64,000 nucleotides of DNA from an uncultured Gammaproteobacteria bacterium (GTDB lineage: Bacteria > Patescibacteriota > Patescibacteriia > Magasanikbacterales > UBA922): contig CAZFUL010000004.1 in NCBI GenBank assembly GCA_964522435.1, positions 54,360 to 118,359 of the forward strand, in the 5' to 3' direction. Below, one piece after another: positions 1 through 9,571 of this stretch (positions are counted from its first letter, which is position 1; the number at the start of each line of letters is the position of its first letter). The position numbers were made by a program, and so were the translations under genes. The notes under the pieces were generated by a model that was not told the origin of the DNA, searched no databases, and saw nothing but the letters and a program-made list of their open reading frames with translations.

Positions 1-303
1 GATGCGTATACAGAATGGCAGGTAGAAACAAGATATCTCCATTATACCTTGTTGAAGGTGCGTATCCATACAGGGAGAACGCATCAAATTCGCGTGCATA
101 TGTATGCAAATGCGCATCCTGTTGTGGGAGACACCTTATATATGCAACGATCGTTTCTTCGCTATAACAACTTGCCACGGTTATTTTTACATGCGGCACG
201 CTTATCTTTTGCAGATAAAGAGGGAACTATTGTATCATACGAGCATCCTCTTCCAGAGGAACTCATTTCTTTTTTAGCGCATGCACGTCCGTATGTCTCA
301 TAA
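1..303 (+). CDS. RluA-family pseudouridine synthase, C-terminal part (5' truncated by window edge)
   Basis: Frame 1 is open from base 1; RluA/RluD motifs TGRTHQIRVH, HPVVGD and LFLHA are present. Confidence 0.9.
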   Translation, partial: DAYTEWQVETRYLHYTLLKVRIHTGRTHQIRVHMYANAHPVVGDTLYMQRSFLRYNNLPRLFLHAARLSFADKEGTIVSYEHPLPEELISFLAHARPYVS

Positions 304-862
304 AAAATCTTTGATCATTATTTCTGGTCCTTCTGGGGCAGGAGAAGATTCTATTATTGATGGGATAGCTCATATACTTCCGATTGAACGGGTGATAACC
401 ACGACGACACGAGAGATGCGTCCGGGAGAATCACAAGCGAATCCGTATTATTTTATTTCTCAAAAAGAATTTGAACAAAAGATTGCAGAAGAAGGGCTCT
501 TTGAATATGCAAAACAATATAATGATAATTATTACGGGGTAACCAAAGAAGAAATACAACGGGTAGAAGAATCAGGGCGTATTGGAATTTGGAAGATTGA
601 TTATCAAGGGGTGATGAAAGCAAAAAAAGAGATTCCTGGTATTATTGCTATATTTATCTATGCGCCCTTGGCTATTTTAGAAGATCGTATTCGTCGTCGT
701 AGTCAGGTGTCCGAAGCCTATATTGCCGAGCGTATGGCCTATACCAAAGAGTGGATGCTCCATAGGGATATCTATGACTATGAAGTAGAGAATAAAGAGG
801 GAAAACTGGCTGAAACTATTGAGCAAGTGGTGGCTATTGTAAAAAAACATACGCTATCTTGA
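293..862 (+). CDS. gmk: Guanylate kinase (atypical P-loop GPSGAGED)
   Basis: IIISGPSGAG, TTTREMRPGE, YYF, EYA..NYYG motifs; start chosen at the second ATG. Confidence 0.85.
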   Translation: MSHKKSLIIISGPSGAGEDSIIDGIAHILPIERVITTTTREMRPGESQANPYYFISQKEFEQKIAEEGLFEYAKQYNDNYYGVTKEEIQRVEESGRIGIWKIDYQGVMKAKKEIPGIIAIFIYAPLAILEDRIRRRSQVSEAYIAERMAYTKEWMLHRDIYDYEVENKEGKLAETIEQVVAIVKKHTLS

Positions 863-887
863 CAAATATCCCTTTGTATATTACACT
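859..887 (+). promoter_or_regulatory. Sigma70-type promoter for rplS
   Basis: TTGACA-N17-TACACT. Confidence 0.65.
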
Positions 888-987
888 ACGACCACATAAA
901 AATTATTACTTATCTATTAGTGATGTTGCGTGTTCCTGACAGCCTCAGGGGAAAAACAACCCAACCTCTCCCTCTATCATTTTCCCT

Positions 988-1365
988 ATGGAAGATATTC
1001 GCCACGCACTTAAACCTGGCATGATTGTCAAAGTGCACCAAAAGATTAAAGACGTAAATAGCAAAGGAGAAGAAAAAGAACGTATTCAGATTTTTGAAGG
1101 AATTATCCTTGCTATCAAACACGGAAAAGAACATGGAGCAACATTTACTGTGCGCAAAGACGCAAAAGGGTATGGGGTAGAAAAAATCTTCCCAATCAAC
1201 TCTCCGGTAGTTGCAGCAGTAGAATTGGTTCGCCAAATGAAAGTAATTCAAGCGCGTCCATACTTTATCCGAGACTATAAGAAAAAATTAAAAGAAATCA
1301 AACCAGAAAAAAAAGCAGCTACTCCAACAAAAGTAACTGAAACGGTTGAAGAAGCCTCTGTCTAA
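988..1365 (+). CDS. rplS: 50S ribosomal protein L19
   Basis: KERIQIFEGII, TFTVRK, GVEKIFP motifs. Confidence 0.97.
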   Translation: MEDIRHALKPGMIVKVHQKIKDVNSKGEEKERIQIFEGIILAIKHGKEHGATFTVRKDAKGYGVEKIFPINSPVVAAVELVRQMKVIQARPYFIRDYKKKLKEIKPEKKAATPTKVTETVEEASV

Positions 1366-1382
1366 TACCGAACTGTATATAT

Positions 1383-1416
1383 AAAAACCCCGCACCATAC
1401 TGGTGCGGGGTTTTTT
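1383..1416. terminator. Bidirectional intrinsic terminator between convergent rplS and uvrA
   Basis: AAAAACCCCGCACCA-tac-TGGTGCGGGGTTTTTT. Confidence 0.9.
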
Positions 1417-1436
1417 GTATCGAGACTGTCTGGCGA

Positions 1437-4262
1437 TTAAAGCCCCATTTCTTTTAAGTAAACACCGGTGACACTGGTTTTAGATTTTATAATATCTTTG
1501 GGTGTACCTGTGGCTACAATGTCTCCACCTTTATTTCCTCCTTCTGGACCAAGGTCAATAATCCAGTCAGCACTTTTAATAATATCCAGGTTATGTTCAA
1601 TAGTAATAACCGTATTTCCTTTATCCACCAGTTTTTGAAGTACCTCTAATAAGCGAGTAATATCTTCAAAATGTAAACCGGTTGTTGGCTCGTCTAAAAT
1701 ATATAAGGTATTTCCCGTAGAGCGACGAGACAGTTCGGTTGCAAGTTTAATACGTTGCGCTTCTCCCCCAGAAACAGTGGTTGCTGGCTGCCCTAAGTGA
1801 ATATAGCCCAAGCCAACATCTCGCAGAATTTTTAATTTTTCTGAGATAGCTGGGATATCGTTAAAAAATTTATGTGCTTCTTCTACGGTCATTTCTAACA
1901 CGTCAGCAATGTTTCTTCCACGATAATGAACATCGCGTGCTTCTTTATTGTATCGTTTTCCTTCACATTCATTACACTCAACAAAGACATCACTCAAAAA
2001 TTGCATAGGGATACGTCGGTAGCCTTCACCTCCACAGGCTTCACAGCGCCCACCACCTTTTACATTAAAGCTAAACATACCAGCATCAAAGCCACGCATT
2101 TTTGCTTCTGGTTGTTCTGCAAACACATCACGAATGGTCGTAAATAATCCGGTATAGGTCGCCGGATTACTGCGAGGCGTACGGCCAATGGCACTTTGAT
2201 CAATAGAAATAACTTTATCAATATGATCAATACCCGTAATTTTTTTGTGAGGACCTGGTTCTGCTTTTGCGCGATAGAATTTTTTTGCTAAGGCACGTGC
2301 AAGGGTATCAATAACCAGACTAGATTTTCCTGAACCAGACACCCCGGTGACACAAATAAAGGTTCCCAAAGGAAAGGTTGCATCAACATTTTTTAAATTA
2401 AATGCGGTCGCTCCTGTAATAGTAATATTTTTTTTATTTCCCGTTCTATATTTTTTTGGTGCTTCAATATGTTTTTTTCCAATTAAATATTGCCCGGTTA
2501 ATGATTTTGGTGATTTTTTAATTTGGGCCGCAGTTCCTGTAGCAATGATTTCTCCTCCATATAATCCTGCACCAGGGCCAACGTCAATGACATAATCAGC
2601 AGATTCTATTGTTGCTTGATCATGCTCAACCACAATAACCGTGTTTCCCAAATCACGAAGCATTTTAAGGGTGTCAATTAACTTCAAATTATCTTTTGGA
2701 TGAAGCCCAATAGAGGGTTCATCTAAAATATAAATAACATCGGTTAACCCGGTAGAGAGTTGTGTTGATAAGCGAATACGCTGTGCTTCTCCTCCAGAGA
2801 GTGTTGTGACAGAACGATTTAAGGTTAAATAGGGTAAGCCAACCGCACAAAGATTATCTAGGCGAGCATAAATTTCTTTGGCAATAGGTTTAGCAATCTC
2901 TAATTGTTCTTTGGTAAGAAGGGCTAAAAATCCTTTTTTGTTGGTAGTTGAAAAAAATTCATAGGTATCTTCAATACTCATTTCTACAATATCGGCAATA
3001 CTTAAATCATGAATTTTTACAAAAAGAGATTCTTTCTTTAATCGTTTGCCATTACAAATAGGACAATCTTTTTCACGCATGTATTGCTCTATTTCTTTAC
3101 GGATATATTCTGAATCTGTTTCTGCATGGCGATGAATCAAATTGGGGACAATACCATCAAATGTCATTTTTTTACTGCCCACTTGGTAGCTTTGATCTTC
3201 TGTCCCATAATACAAGATATCCATGACTTTTTGGGGTAACTCTTTTACTGGCGTATGAACAGAAAAGTCATGTTCTTTTGCAACGGTTTCTAACAGTTGT
3301 TGATAATGCGATTGATTTCCTACAATACGTGTCCATGGTTGAATAGCGCCTTCTGCGAGAGTTAAGCGAGGATTGGGAATCACTAAGTCTGGTTCTACAT
3401 CTAACGTATAGCCAAGTCCGGTACAACGAGGACAAGCACCGTAGGGACTATTAAAGCTAAAACTGCGTGGTTCGATGGGGTCAAAAATACGGTTGGTATG
3501 AGAAGAATAGGGAAGCGTAGAATAACGAGTTTCATCTCCCTCGCTGGTTTCTACAATAAGAAATCCGTTGGATAATTCCAACCCTTTTTCAACTGCGCCT
3601 GGAATATTTAATTTTTTTCCTGAATCAATGCGTGCAATAAGCACATCAATATCATAGCTTTTTTCTGGATCAAAACGATATTTTTTTACGTCTTTCAAAC
3701 GCATAAGCACGCCGTTGACGCGAACCGTTTCAAATCCAGATTGTTCTACATTTGCAATAAGTGCTTTTGGTTTTACGCGTTGCTGTTGATTTAAGGGAGA
3801 AAAAATAAGCAATTCTCCTTCATATGTTCTTGCTTGATTTCTAATGATTTCAATAATTTCTCCAGCACTTTGGTGCGTCACGAGCGTATTTGTATCCGGA
3901 TCATACTGCACCCCTAAGCGAGCAAATAATAAACGAAGATAATCGTAAATTTCTGTTGTGGTACCCACCGTTGAACGAGGGTTTTGTGACACGTTTTTTT
4001 GGTCAATCGCAATGGTCGGGGATAAGCCTTTAATTTCATCAACATCTGGTTTATCTTGGATATCCATGAATTGGCGTGCATAGGCAGATAAACTTTCTGC
4101 ATAGCGACGTTGTCCTTCTGCGTAAATGGTATCAAAGGCAAGGGATGATTTTCCTGATCCAGATAGTCCGGTGATAACCGTGAGTTTGTTTTTTGGGATA
4201 GTAACCGAAACATTTTTTAGGTTATGCACCCGGGCGTTTTTAATACTGATTTCATTCTTCAT
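1437..4262 (-). CDS. uvrA: Excinuclease ABC subunit A
   Basis: Two ABC modules ([23 protein letters not shown]; [10 protein letters not shown]), LSGGEAQRI signatures. Confidence 0.98.
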   Translation of the reverse strand: MKNEISIKNARVHNLKNVSVTIPKNKLTVITGLSGSGKSSLAFDTIYAEGQRRYAESLSAYARQFMDIQDKPDVDEIKGLSPTIAIDQKNVSQNPRSTVGTTTEIYDYLRLLFARLGVQYDPDTNTLVTHQSAGEIIEIIRNQARTYEGELLIFSPLNQQQRVKPKALIANVEQSGFETVRVNGVLMRLKDVKKYRFDPEKSYDIDVLIARIDSGKKLNIPGAVEKGLELSNGFLIVETSEGDETRYSTLPYSSHTNRIFDPIEPRSFSFNSPYGACPRCTGLGYTLDVEPDLVIPNPRLTLAEGAIQPWTRIVGNQSHYQQLLETVAKEHDFSVHTPVKELPQKVMDILYYGTEDQSYQVGSKKMTFDGIVPNLIHRHAETDSEYIRKEIEQYMREKDCPICNGKRLKKESLFVKIHDLSIADIVEMSIEDTYEFFSTTNKKGFLALLTKEQLEIAKPIAKEIYARLDNLCAVGLPYLTLNRSVTTLSGGEAQRIRLSTQLSTGLTDVIYILDEPSIGLHPKDNLKLIDTLKMLRDLGNTVIVVEHDQATIESADYVIDVGPGAGLYGGEIIATGTAAQIKKSPKSLTGQYLIGKKHIEAPKKYRTGNKKNITITGATAFNLKNVDATFPLGTFICVTGVSGSGKSSLVIDTLARALAKKFYRAKAEPGPHKKITGIDHIDKVISIDQSAIGRTPRSNPATYTGLFTTIRDVFAEQPEAKMRGFDAGMFSFNVKGGGRCEACGGEGYRRIPMQFLSDVFVECNECEGKRYNKEARDVHYRGRNIADVLEMTVEEAHKFFNDIPAISEKLKILRDVGLGYIHLGQPATTVSGGEAQRIKLATELSRRSTGNTLYILDEPTTGLHFEDITRLLEVLQKLVDKGNTVITIEHNLDIIKSADWIIDLGPEGGNKGGDIVATGTPKDIIKSKTSVTGVYLKEMGL

Positions 4263-4268
4263 AGATGG

Positions 4269-5657
4269 TTATTTAAATCCAACGTCGGCATAAATTTTTC
4301 TTCTGAGGTCATCATCGCTCAGGCCTCCGAAAATAGGGTTATTATTATCAATGTCGGTAATGGCACTTACGTCAATTTGCTCTCCGCTCAACTTACCCGT
4401 AGTTACTTCTTCTAAGGTGTAAAGGTATTTTTTTATGTCTGGATTAAATTTTATTACTTCAAATGCGGCATCATCACCCAGATCTTTTCCTCCTCGTCCG
4501 ATAAAATGATTTTCATCATCTGGATCATTGTTTTCATCCATTTCAAATCGCCAGACAAAACCACGGAAAAATTCTTTTTGCAAACACGTGCTTTCTACTA
4601 ATGAGGGTATCCCTTGTTTATCATCGAATGTCAGGGTGACGATATAATTATTTCCTACGGTTTGTGTATTGTCTCGTGAGGGAATAGGAAAGAGCGTTCC
4701 ATTAATACAGAGCCCGTATAATTCTGTTTCCCCTTCATCGATGGGTGGCGTATCCCAGGCTTCTGTTAATAAATCAGGAAAGAGTGTGAGGCCATTATTA
4801 ACGACTTTAGCCACCATATCGCCTCGATAACATTTATCTTTGGTAGAGTCTCGTTCTTGTGGGGCACATATATGGTTTGGCTCACAACTTACCCCGCGGC
4901 AGGTAAGGTTACCAGATCCTTCGGGAATATAGATACTGCCACAGGCAGAGGGACGTTTTTCTTGAGAAAGAAAGGTTGGGTTTTTGATGCGTTTATCGGT
5001 TTCTTTTGGATCAAGTTGCTCTTGTTGTTCTTTAAAAAACGCTAAGTCTACCGTGGTTTGATTACAATATTTTGGTGTTAATTCCGCAGGGTTAATTAAC
5101 CAAATTTGGGGTAAACGTAAATTAACGGTGCGGGGATTAATGGTTTGCAGAATGGTGTAGGATAACGCGAGGATAATGAGTCCAATAATAGCTCCTTTTA
5201 TGCGTGTTTTGGCAGATTCAATAGTCGCACTATTTCCTCCAGAAACTGTCCACTGAAGTCCGGCAATAATAATAATGATGACGGCAATAATGGATGCAAT
5301 AATAAATCCGTATTGATATATATATTGTAAAAATTCTCCGATGTTTGAAAATTCATTTTTTCCGCCAAAACTTATAGCGGTAAGACTTTGTCCTGCGGGG
5401 AGACAAAATCCTAAATCTTCTCCTGTGCTATTTTCTGCGGCACCAGTTTTTTTTAATCCACCACAGGCTGCTACTGTTTCGCTTGATTGATAAAATCCTT
5501 TAGTAACCTCTGTTTCCGTAAGACCATATTTACTTCGGGTGTCATGGCATTCTGTTCTGGTAAAGCAACGGTTGTCTACGGCATGACCCGCTGTGGGAAT
5601 AAGAAAGAATACAACACAGGATAATGCGACAGCGATTCGAAGGGATAACGGATACAT
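4269..5657 (-). CDS. Secreted/membrane protein with a CPR-type T4SS pilin (VirB2/TrbC-like) hairpin flanked by Cys-rich domains
   Basis: Signal peptide; [20 protein letters not shown]...[27 protein letters not shown] matches the pattern I recognise for CPR pilin domains; Cys-rich N- and C-terminal regions. Confidence 0.7.
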   Translation of the reverse strand: MYPLSLRIAVALSCVVFFLIPTAGHAVDNRCFTRTECHDTRSKYGLTETEVTKGFYQSSETVAACGGLKKTGAAENSTGEDLGFCLPAGQSLTAISFGGKNEFSNIGEFLQYIYQYGFIIASIIAVIIIIIAGLQWTVSGGNSATIESAKTRIKGAIIGLIILALSYTILQTINPRTVNLRLPQIWLINPAELTPKYCNQTTVDLAFFKEQQEQLDPKETDKRIKNPTFLSQEKRPSACGSIYIPEGSGNLTCRGVSCEPNHICAPQERDSTKDKCYRGDMVAKVVNNGLTLFPDLLTEAWDTPPIDEGETELYGLCINGTLFPIPSRDNTQTVGNNYIVTLTFDDKQGIPSLVESTCLQKEFFRGFVWRFEMDENNDPDDENHFIGRGGKDLGDDAAFEVIKFNPDIKKYLYTLEEVTTGKLSGEQIDVSAITDIDNNNPIFGGLSDDDLRRKIYADVGFK

Positions 5658-5663
5658 AGAGAA

Positions 5664-6431
5664 TTATTTATTCAACGAAGATAAAATAAGAGATTCCCAA
5701 TCTTGAAGAGAAATAACGCCTTCTACTTTGGTTTGGTTGATAATATAGGTTGGTGTGCCGCGTACACCAACGGTAATACCGTCTTGAATGTCTGTTTGCA
5801 CTTGAGTATATGTTTCTGTGTTTTCAATACAGTATGCAAAACTGGTGGTAGGAAGATTGAGATTTTTTGCATAAGATAAGAGTGCGCCATCCGTAAGAAC
5901 CTTTGTACTAAAGAGTTGTTGATAATAGGGCCAAAACGCTTGTTGGTTATGGGCACACTGCGCCGCGCGAGCGGCAATGTTTGCTTGCGGATGAATTTGC
6001 TCAATCGGGAAATGCTTAAAGACAATTTGTACGGCAGGGCCAAATCGGTCACGGATTGTTTCAAAAGTTGGGTATGCTTCTTGGCAAAACGGGCATTCAA
6101 AATCAATAAACGCAATAATAGTTACCGTTGCATCAGGATTACCATATTGTGGGTTGTGAGGACGAATGATGGTTTTTGCATCGATGGATACGGTATCTGA
6201 TTGGTCAACCGCGTTAGGTGCCACGGTAAATTGAGAAGAAAATTGTTTATTTAAGGCTTGTTTGGCAGCTTGGTCACCATATTTTTGCACCCACAAATAG
6301 TACCCAAACAAGATAATAAACACGATAACACTTATGGTAATGATCCCCAAAAACACAAAGAGCAGCATCTTTCCAACCGTAGGTGGTTTGGCAGAGGGGG
6401 GTGTCGAGATTGATCTCTTGGGTCCTTCCAT
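5664..6431 (-). CDS. Membrane-anchored DsbA-family thioredoxin
   Basis: N-terminal TM, DFECPFC (CxxC), KHFP, GVRGTPT cis-Pro motif. Confidence 0.9.
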   Translation of the reverse strand: MEGPKRSISTPPSAKPPTVGKMLLFVFLGIITISVIVFIILFGYYLWVQKYGDQAAKQALNKQFSSQFTVAPNAVDQSDTVSIDAKTIIRPHNPQYGNPDATVTIIAFIDFECPFCQEAYPTFETIRDRFGPAVQIVFKHFPIEQIHPQANIAARAAQCAHNQQAFWPYYQQLFSTKVLTDGALLSYAKNLNLPTTSFAYCIENTETYTQVQTDIQDGITVGVRGTPTYIINQTKVEGVISLQDWESLILSSLNK

Positions 6432-6521
6432 AGAATATATTGAGAATGCGTATAGTATAGCATAGTTTGGTAAAAGTCAACATAATCGTGGTCTTGGGTG
6501 CTCTATATTCATAATACAGCC

Positions 6522-6550
6522 TTGACTTTTTCTCTCTTTTTTTCTATACT
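6522..6550 (+). promoter_or_regulatory. Sigma70-type promoter for rpsB-tsf
   Basis: TTGACT-N17-TATACT. Confidence 0.75.
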
Positions 6551-6736
6551 ACGCCCACTTTATATTTATTTCTCACCCACCTACGCCTCGCAAGCTCGGC
6601 TTTGGTGGGCAAGCCCGTCTTGTTCATTAAGATGATGAACATGGGCAAGCCCAGCATAAACGATCTCAAAAAGGCAAAATATTCCTCTATCTGACCACTC
6701 AGATAGCATGGGCGGGGAGGCAAAAGGAATTATTCT
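6551..6736 (+). promoter_or_regulatory. Long structured rpsB 5' leader (candidate S2 autoregulatory leader)
   Basis: ~185 nt between promoter and ATG; several hairpins (TGTTCAT/ATGAACA, CTATCTGA/TCAGATAG); GGAGGCA near the 3' end as in S2 leaders. Confidence 0.5.
6576..6609. repeat. REP-like palindromic element
   Basis: CCCACC-TAC-GCC-loop-GGC-TTT-GGTGGG; related copy at 58103-58131. Confidence 0.6.
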
Positions 6737-7486
6737 ATGAAAAAAGCAGATATTTTATCACTGCTTAAAGCAGGAGCTCACTTTGGGCACCAAACATCTC
6801 GATGGCATCCAAAAATGAAGCCATTTATCTTTACCGAACGTCAAGGCGTTCATATTATTGATCTTGAAAAAACAATTGATCAATTAGAAGAGGTACTTGC
6901 ACAAGTAACAAAAATGGCAGCAGAAGGCAAAGTTATTTTGTTTGCGACCACAAAACCACAAGCAAAAGATATTGTAAAAGCAGCAGCAGAACGTTGTGGC
7001 ATGCCATACTTAATTGATCGTTGGTTAGGTGGTATGTTGACCAACTTTCCTGAAATGAAAAAATTAATTGCAAAATATAACTCGTTAAAAGAACAACAAG
7101 CAACGGGTGAATTAGAAAAATATACCAAAAAAGAACAATTAGATATTTCAAAAAAATTAGAAAAAATGGATACCTATCTTAGCGGGTTAGTATCTATACA
7201 AAAAATGCCAGACGTTATCTTTACTCCTTCAGTACAACGAGAAAAGACCGCAATGTTAGAAGCAAATCGTATGGGAGTAACGGTTGTGGGTGTTTGCGAT
7301 ACCAATGCAAATCCTGATCGCGTAGATTATGTAATCGCTGCAAACGATGACGCGGTTCGTTCTATTGAACTTATGGTGAATTTAGTTGCAGATGCTATTG
7401 TGGAAGGAAAAAAAGAATTAGAAAAAAATAAAGATATCTCTAAAAAAGACATGAGTGCTGTTCCTTCAAAAGAACAAGCAGCGTAG
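6737..7486 (+). CDS. rpsB: 30S ribosomal protein S2
   Basis: LLKAGAHFGH..RWHPKM, RWLGGMLTNF, DTNANP, ANDD motifs. Confidence 0.98.
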   Translation: MKKADILSLLKAGAHFGHQTSRWHPKMKPFIFTERQGVHIIDLEKTIDQLEEVLAQVTKMAAEGKVILFATTKPQAKDIVKAAAERCGMPYLIDRWLGGMLTNFPEMKKLIAKYNSLKEQQATGELEKYTKKEQLDISKKLEKMDTYLSGLVSIQKMPDVIFTPSVQREKTAMLEANRMGVTVVGVCDTNANPDRVDYVIAANDDAVRSIELMVNLVADAIVEGKKELEKNKDISKKDMSAVPSKEQAA

Positions 7487-7598
7487 GTTGTTTTCTTCTC
7501 GTACACTTAATTTGTCACAGGTGATATAGGCTAGGCCTGTATCATACTATCCTGTGTCTGATACGTGATACTACGTGTCAGTAAGTATTCTTAATACT

Positions 7599-8246
7599 AT
7601 GTCTATTTCTGCTCAAGATGTCGCAACCCTTCGTTCTCAAACAGGCGCAGGGATGCTTGATTGTAAAAAAGCGCTTGATGAAGCGGGTGGAAACATGGAA
7701 AAAGCCACAGATATTTTACGCAGTAAAGGAGTCGCAAAAGCGGCAAAACGTGCAGGTAAAATTACTGCAGAAGGTATGGTAACCAGTTATATTCACGGCG
7801 GACGCGTTGGTGTCTTGGTGGAAGTAAATTGTGAAACTGACTTTGTGGCAAAAAATGATTCATTTAAAACGCTTGTTGGTGATATTGCCATGCATATTGC
7901 TGCTGTTTCTCCACGCTACGTCTCTCGCGATGAAGTTCCTGCTGATGTGGTTGAACGAGAAAAAGGAGTATATGCAGAACAATTAAAACAAGAAGGCAAG
8001 CCAGCTGAGATGGTTGAAAAAATTGTTCAAGGAAAATTAAATAAATTCTTTAGCGATATTTGTTTGTTAGAACAAGCATTTATTAAAGATGAAGAAAAAA
8101 CCGTTGAACAATTATTGGTAGAAAAAACTGGTGAAATTGGAGAAAAAATTACGGTTCGTCGCTTTGCTCGCTATGAAGTGGGTGAAGGAATTGAAAAACA
8201 AGTGAGTGATTTAGCAAAAGATGTTGCAGAACAACTTGGTGCCTAA
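7599..8246 (+). CDS. tsf: Elongation factor Ts (short form)
   Basis: LRSQTGAGMLDCKKAL, EVNCETDFVA; follows rpsB. Confidence 0.97.
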   Translation: MSISAQDVATLRSQTGAGMLDCKKALDEAGGNMEKATDILRSKGVAKAAKRAGKITAEGMVTSYIHGGRVGVLVEVNCETDFVAKNDSFKTLVGDIAMHIAAVSPRYVSRDEVPADVVEREKGVYAEQLKQEGKPAEMVEKIVQGKLNKFFSDICLLEQAFIKDEEKTVEQLLVEKTGEIGEKITVRRFARYEVGEGIEKQVSDLAKDVAEQLGA

Positions 8247-8267
8247 CCAGTATCTCTCAAAAAAAAT

Positions 8268-8298
8268 AAAAACCCTCGATTATATCGAGGGTTTTTTT
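8268..8298. terminator. Bidirectional intrinsic terminator
   Basis: AAAAACCCTCGAT-tat-ATCGAGGGTTTTTTT between convergent genes. Confidence 0.9.
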
Positions 8299-9448
8299 AT
8301 GCATGAATGTTTGTATTCAACAGCGCTGTTACATGATTTTCTGCGTCAATAAGAGACATGTTTTCAAGGATAAATGATACGCGTTTTTCATCACCTTGTT
8401 TGTTGGGAATATCTGCAAGCAGAGCAAGGGCATTCAATCCTTTTTCTGCGTGTAAGACGCCATGAATATCTTTTCCGTCCCCATTATCATGGTGTTCATG
8501 CAAAAGGAGAATCATTTTTTCTTCCGGAGAGTTCACAATAAGTTCATCAATAATATCATAGAGCTCATGCTCGCTGGCGCCGGAGCGGATAAAGTCTTCT
8601 CGGGTAATGGTACTTTTTACCAAGCCAATACTTTTGTCATAATTCATGTGCGCGAGCGCTTGTCCCCATAAGCGGAGCATGGCCAAGCTTTTTGTTTGGT
8701 ACAGGCGTTTAATAATCGCTTCTCGGTCTGCTCCCATATCAACGAGTTTGCTTGCGGTAGAGAGGGTATGTGGTCGAATATTATTCGATTTAAAACTCTG
8801 TGTTTTGGCAATCATGCCAGTGAGTAATGCGGTTGACATAGAGATATTTACACTGGGTGCATCAATATGTAACAAAAGATCCGTAAGCAATTCTGCGGTG
8901 GAACTCGCGGTAATATCTATAAGGGGAACATGACCAAAGTGGTCATTATTTGCATGATGGTCAATATTGATAACTGGCACAGTAAAAAAGAGTTCGGTGT
9001 TTTTTGTATATACCGTACCGAGAGAAGAGAGATCTGGTGTATCAAGAACTATAATAAGATCATGACGAAAGGCTGATTGCGCAGTTTGAATATGCTCCCG
9101 AGTTAAAAAGCCACTTTCTGGGGTGATAAAAATGTGCAGCTGTTTATCTCGGATGTCATAATTTAATTCCTCTACACCCGCATCCATCACATCAATCGTG
9201 ATCATGAATTTTTGTAAGTGGGGTACTTTTGGGAGTATGTGATCAGTACCTTCTAAAAAGCTAAATTTTTTCGGAAGAACAAAACCATCTGACACCACAT
9301 CCACTTGTTTTCCTTTGTGACGCAAAAAAAGAGCCAAGGCTGCGGCACTTGCAATAGCGTCTCCTTTCGTATCCCGTCCAAAGGTAATAAGAATATGACG
9401 GGCGTCTTGTATCAGTGTTTCTATTTGTTCATGACGGCTTTTTGCCAT
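8297..9448 (-). CDS. DHH-family phosphoesterase (NrnA-like, divergent)
   Basis: GDAIAS, VLDTP, NIDHH..ND.FG, ASSTAE motifs. Confidence 0.8.
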   Translation of the reverse strand: MAKSRHEQIETLIQDARHILITFGRDTKGDAIASAAALALFLRHKGKQVDVVSDGFVLPKKFSFLEGTDHILPKVPHLQKFMITIDVMDAGVEELNYDIRDKQLHIFITPESGFLTREHIQTAQSAFRHDLIIVLDTPDLSSLGTVYTKNTELFFTVPVINIDHHANNDHFGHVPLIDITASSTAELLTDLLLHIDAPSVNISMSTALLTGMIAKTQSFKSNNIRPHTLSTASKLVDMGADREAIIKRLYQTKSLAMLRLWGQALAHMNYDKSIGLVKSTITREDFIRSGASEHELYDIIDELIVNSPEEKMILLLHEHHDNGDGKDIHGVLHAEKGLNALALLADIPNKQGDEKRVSFILENMSLIDAENHVTALLNTNIHA

Positions 9449-9571
9449 AGTAATAGCGTATATTCAAAGCGATAGAGGATCCTATCATGGCACTTTTCCT
9501 CTGTCAAGGGATGTTTTAGCTTGAATTTTATATGGTATTACGATAGGATGGTGAGGTATAACATATGTTTT

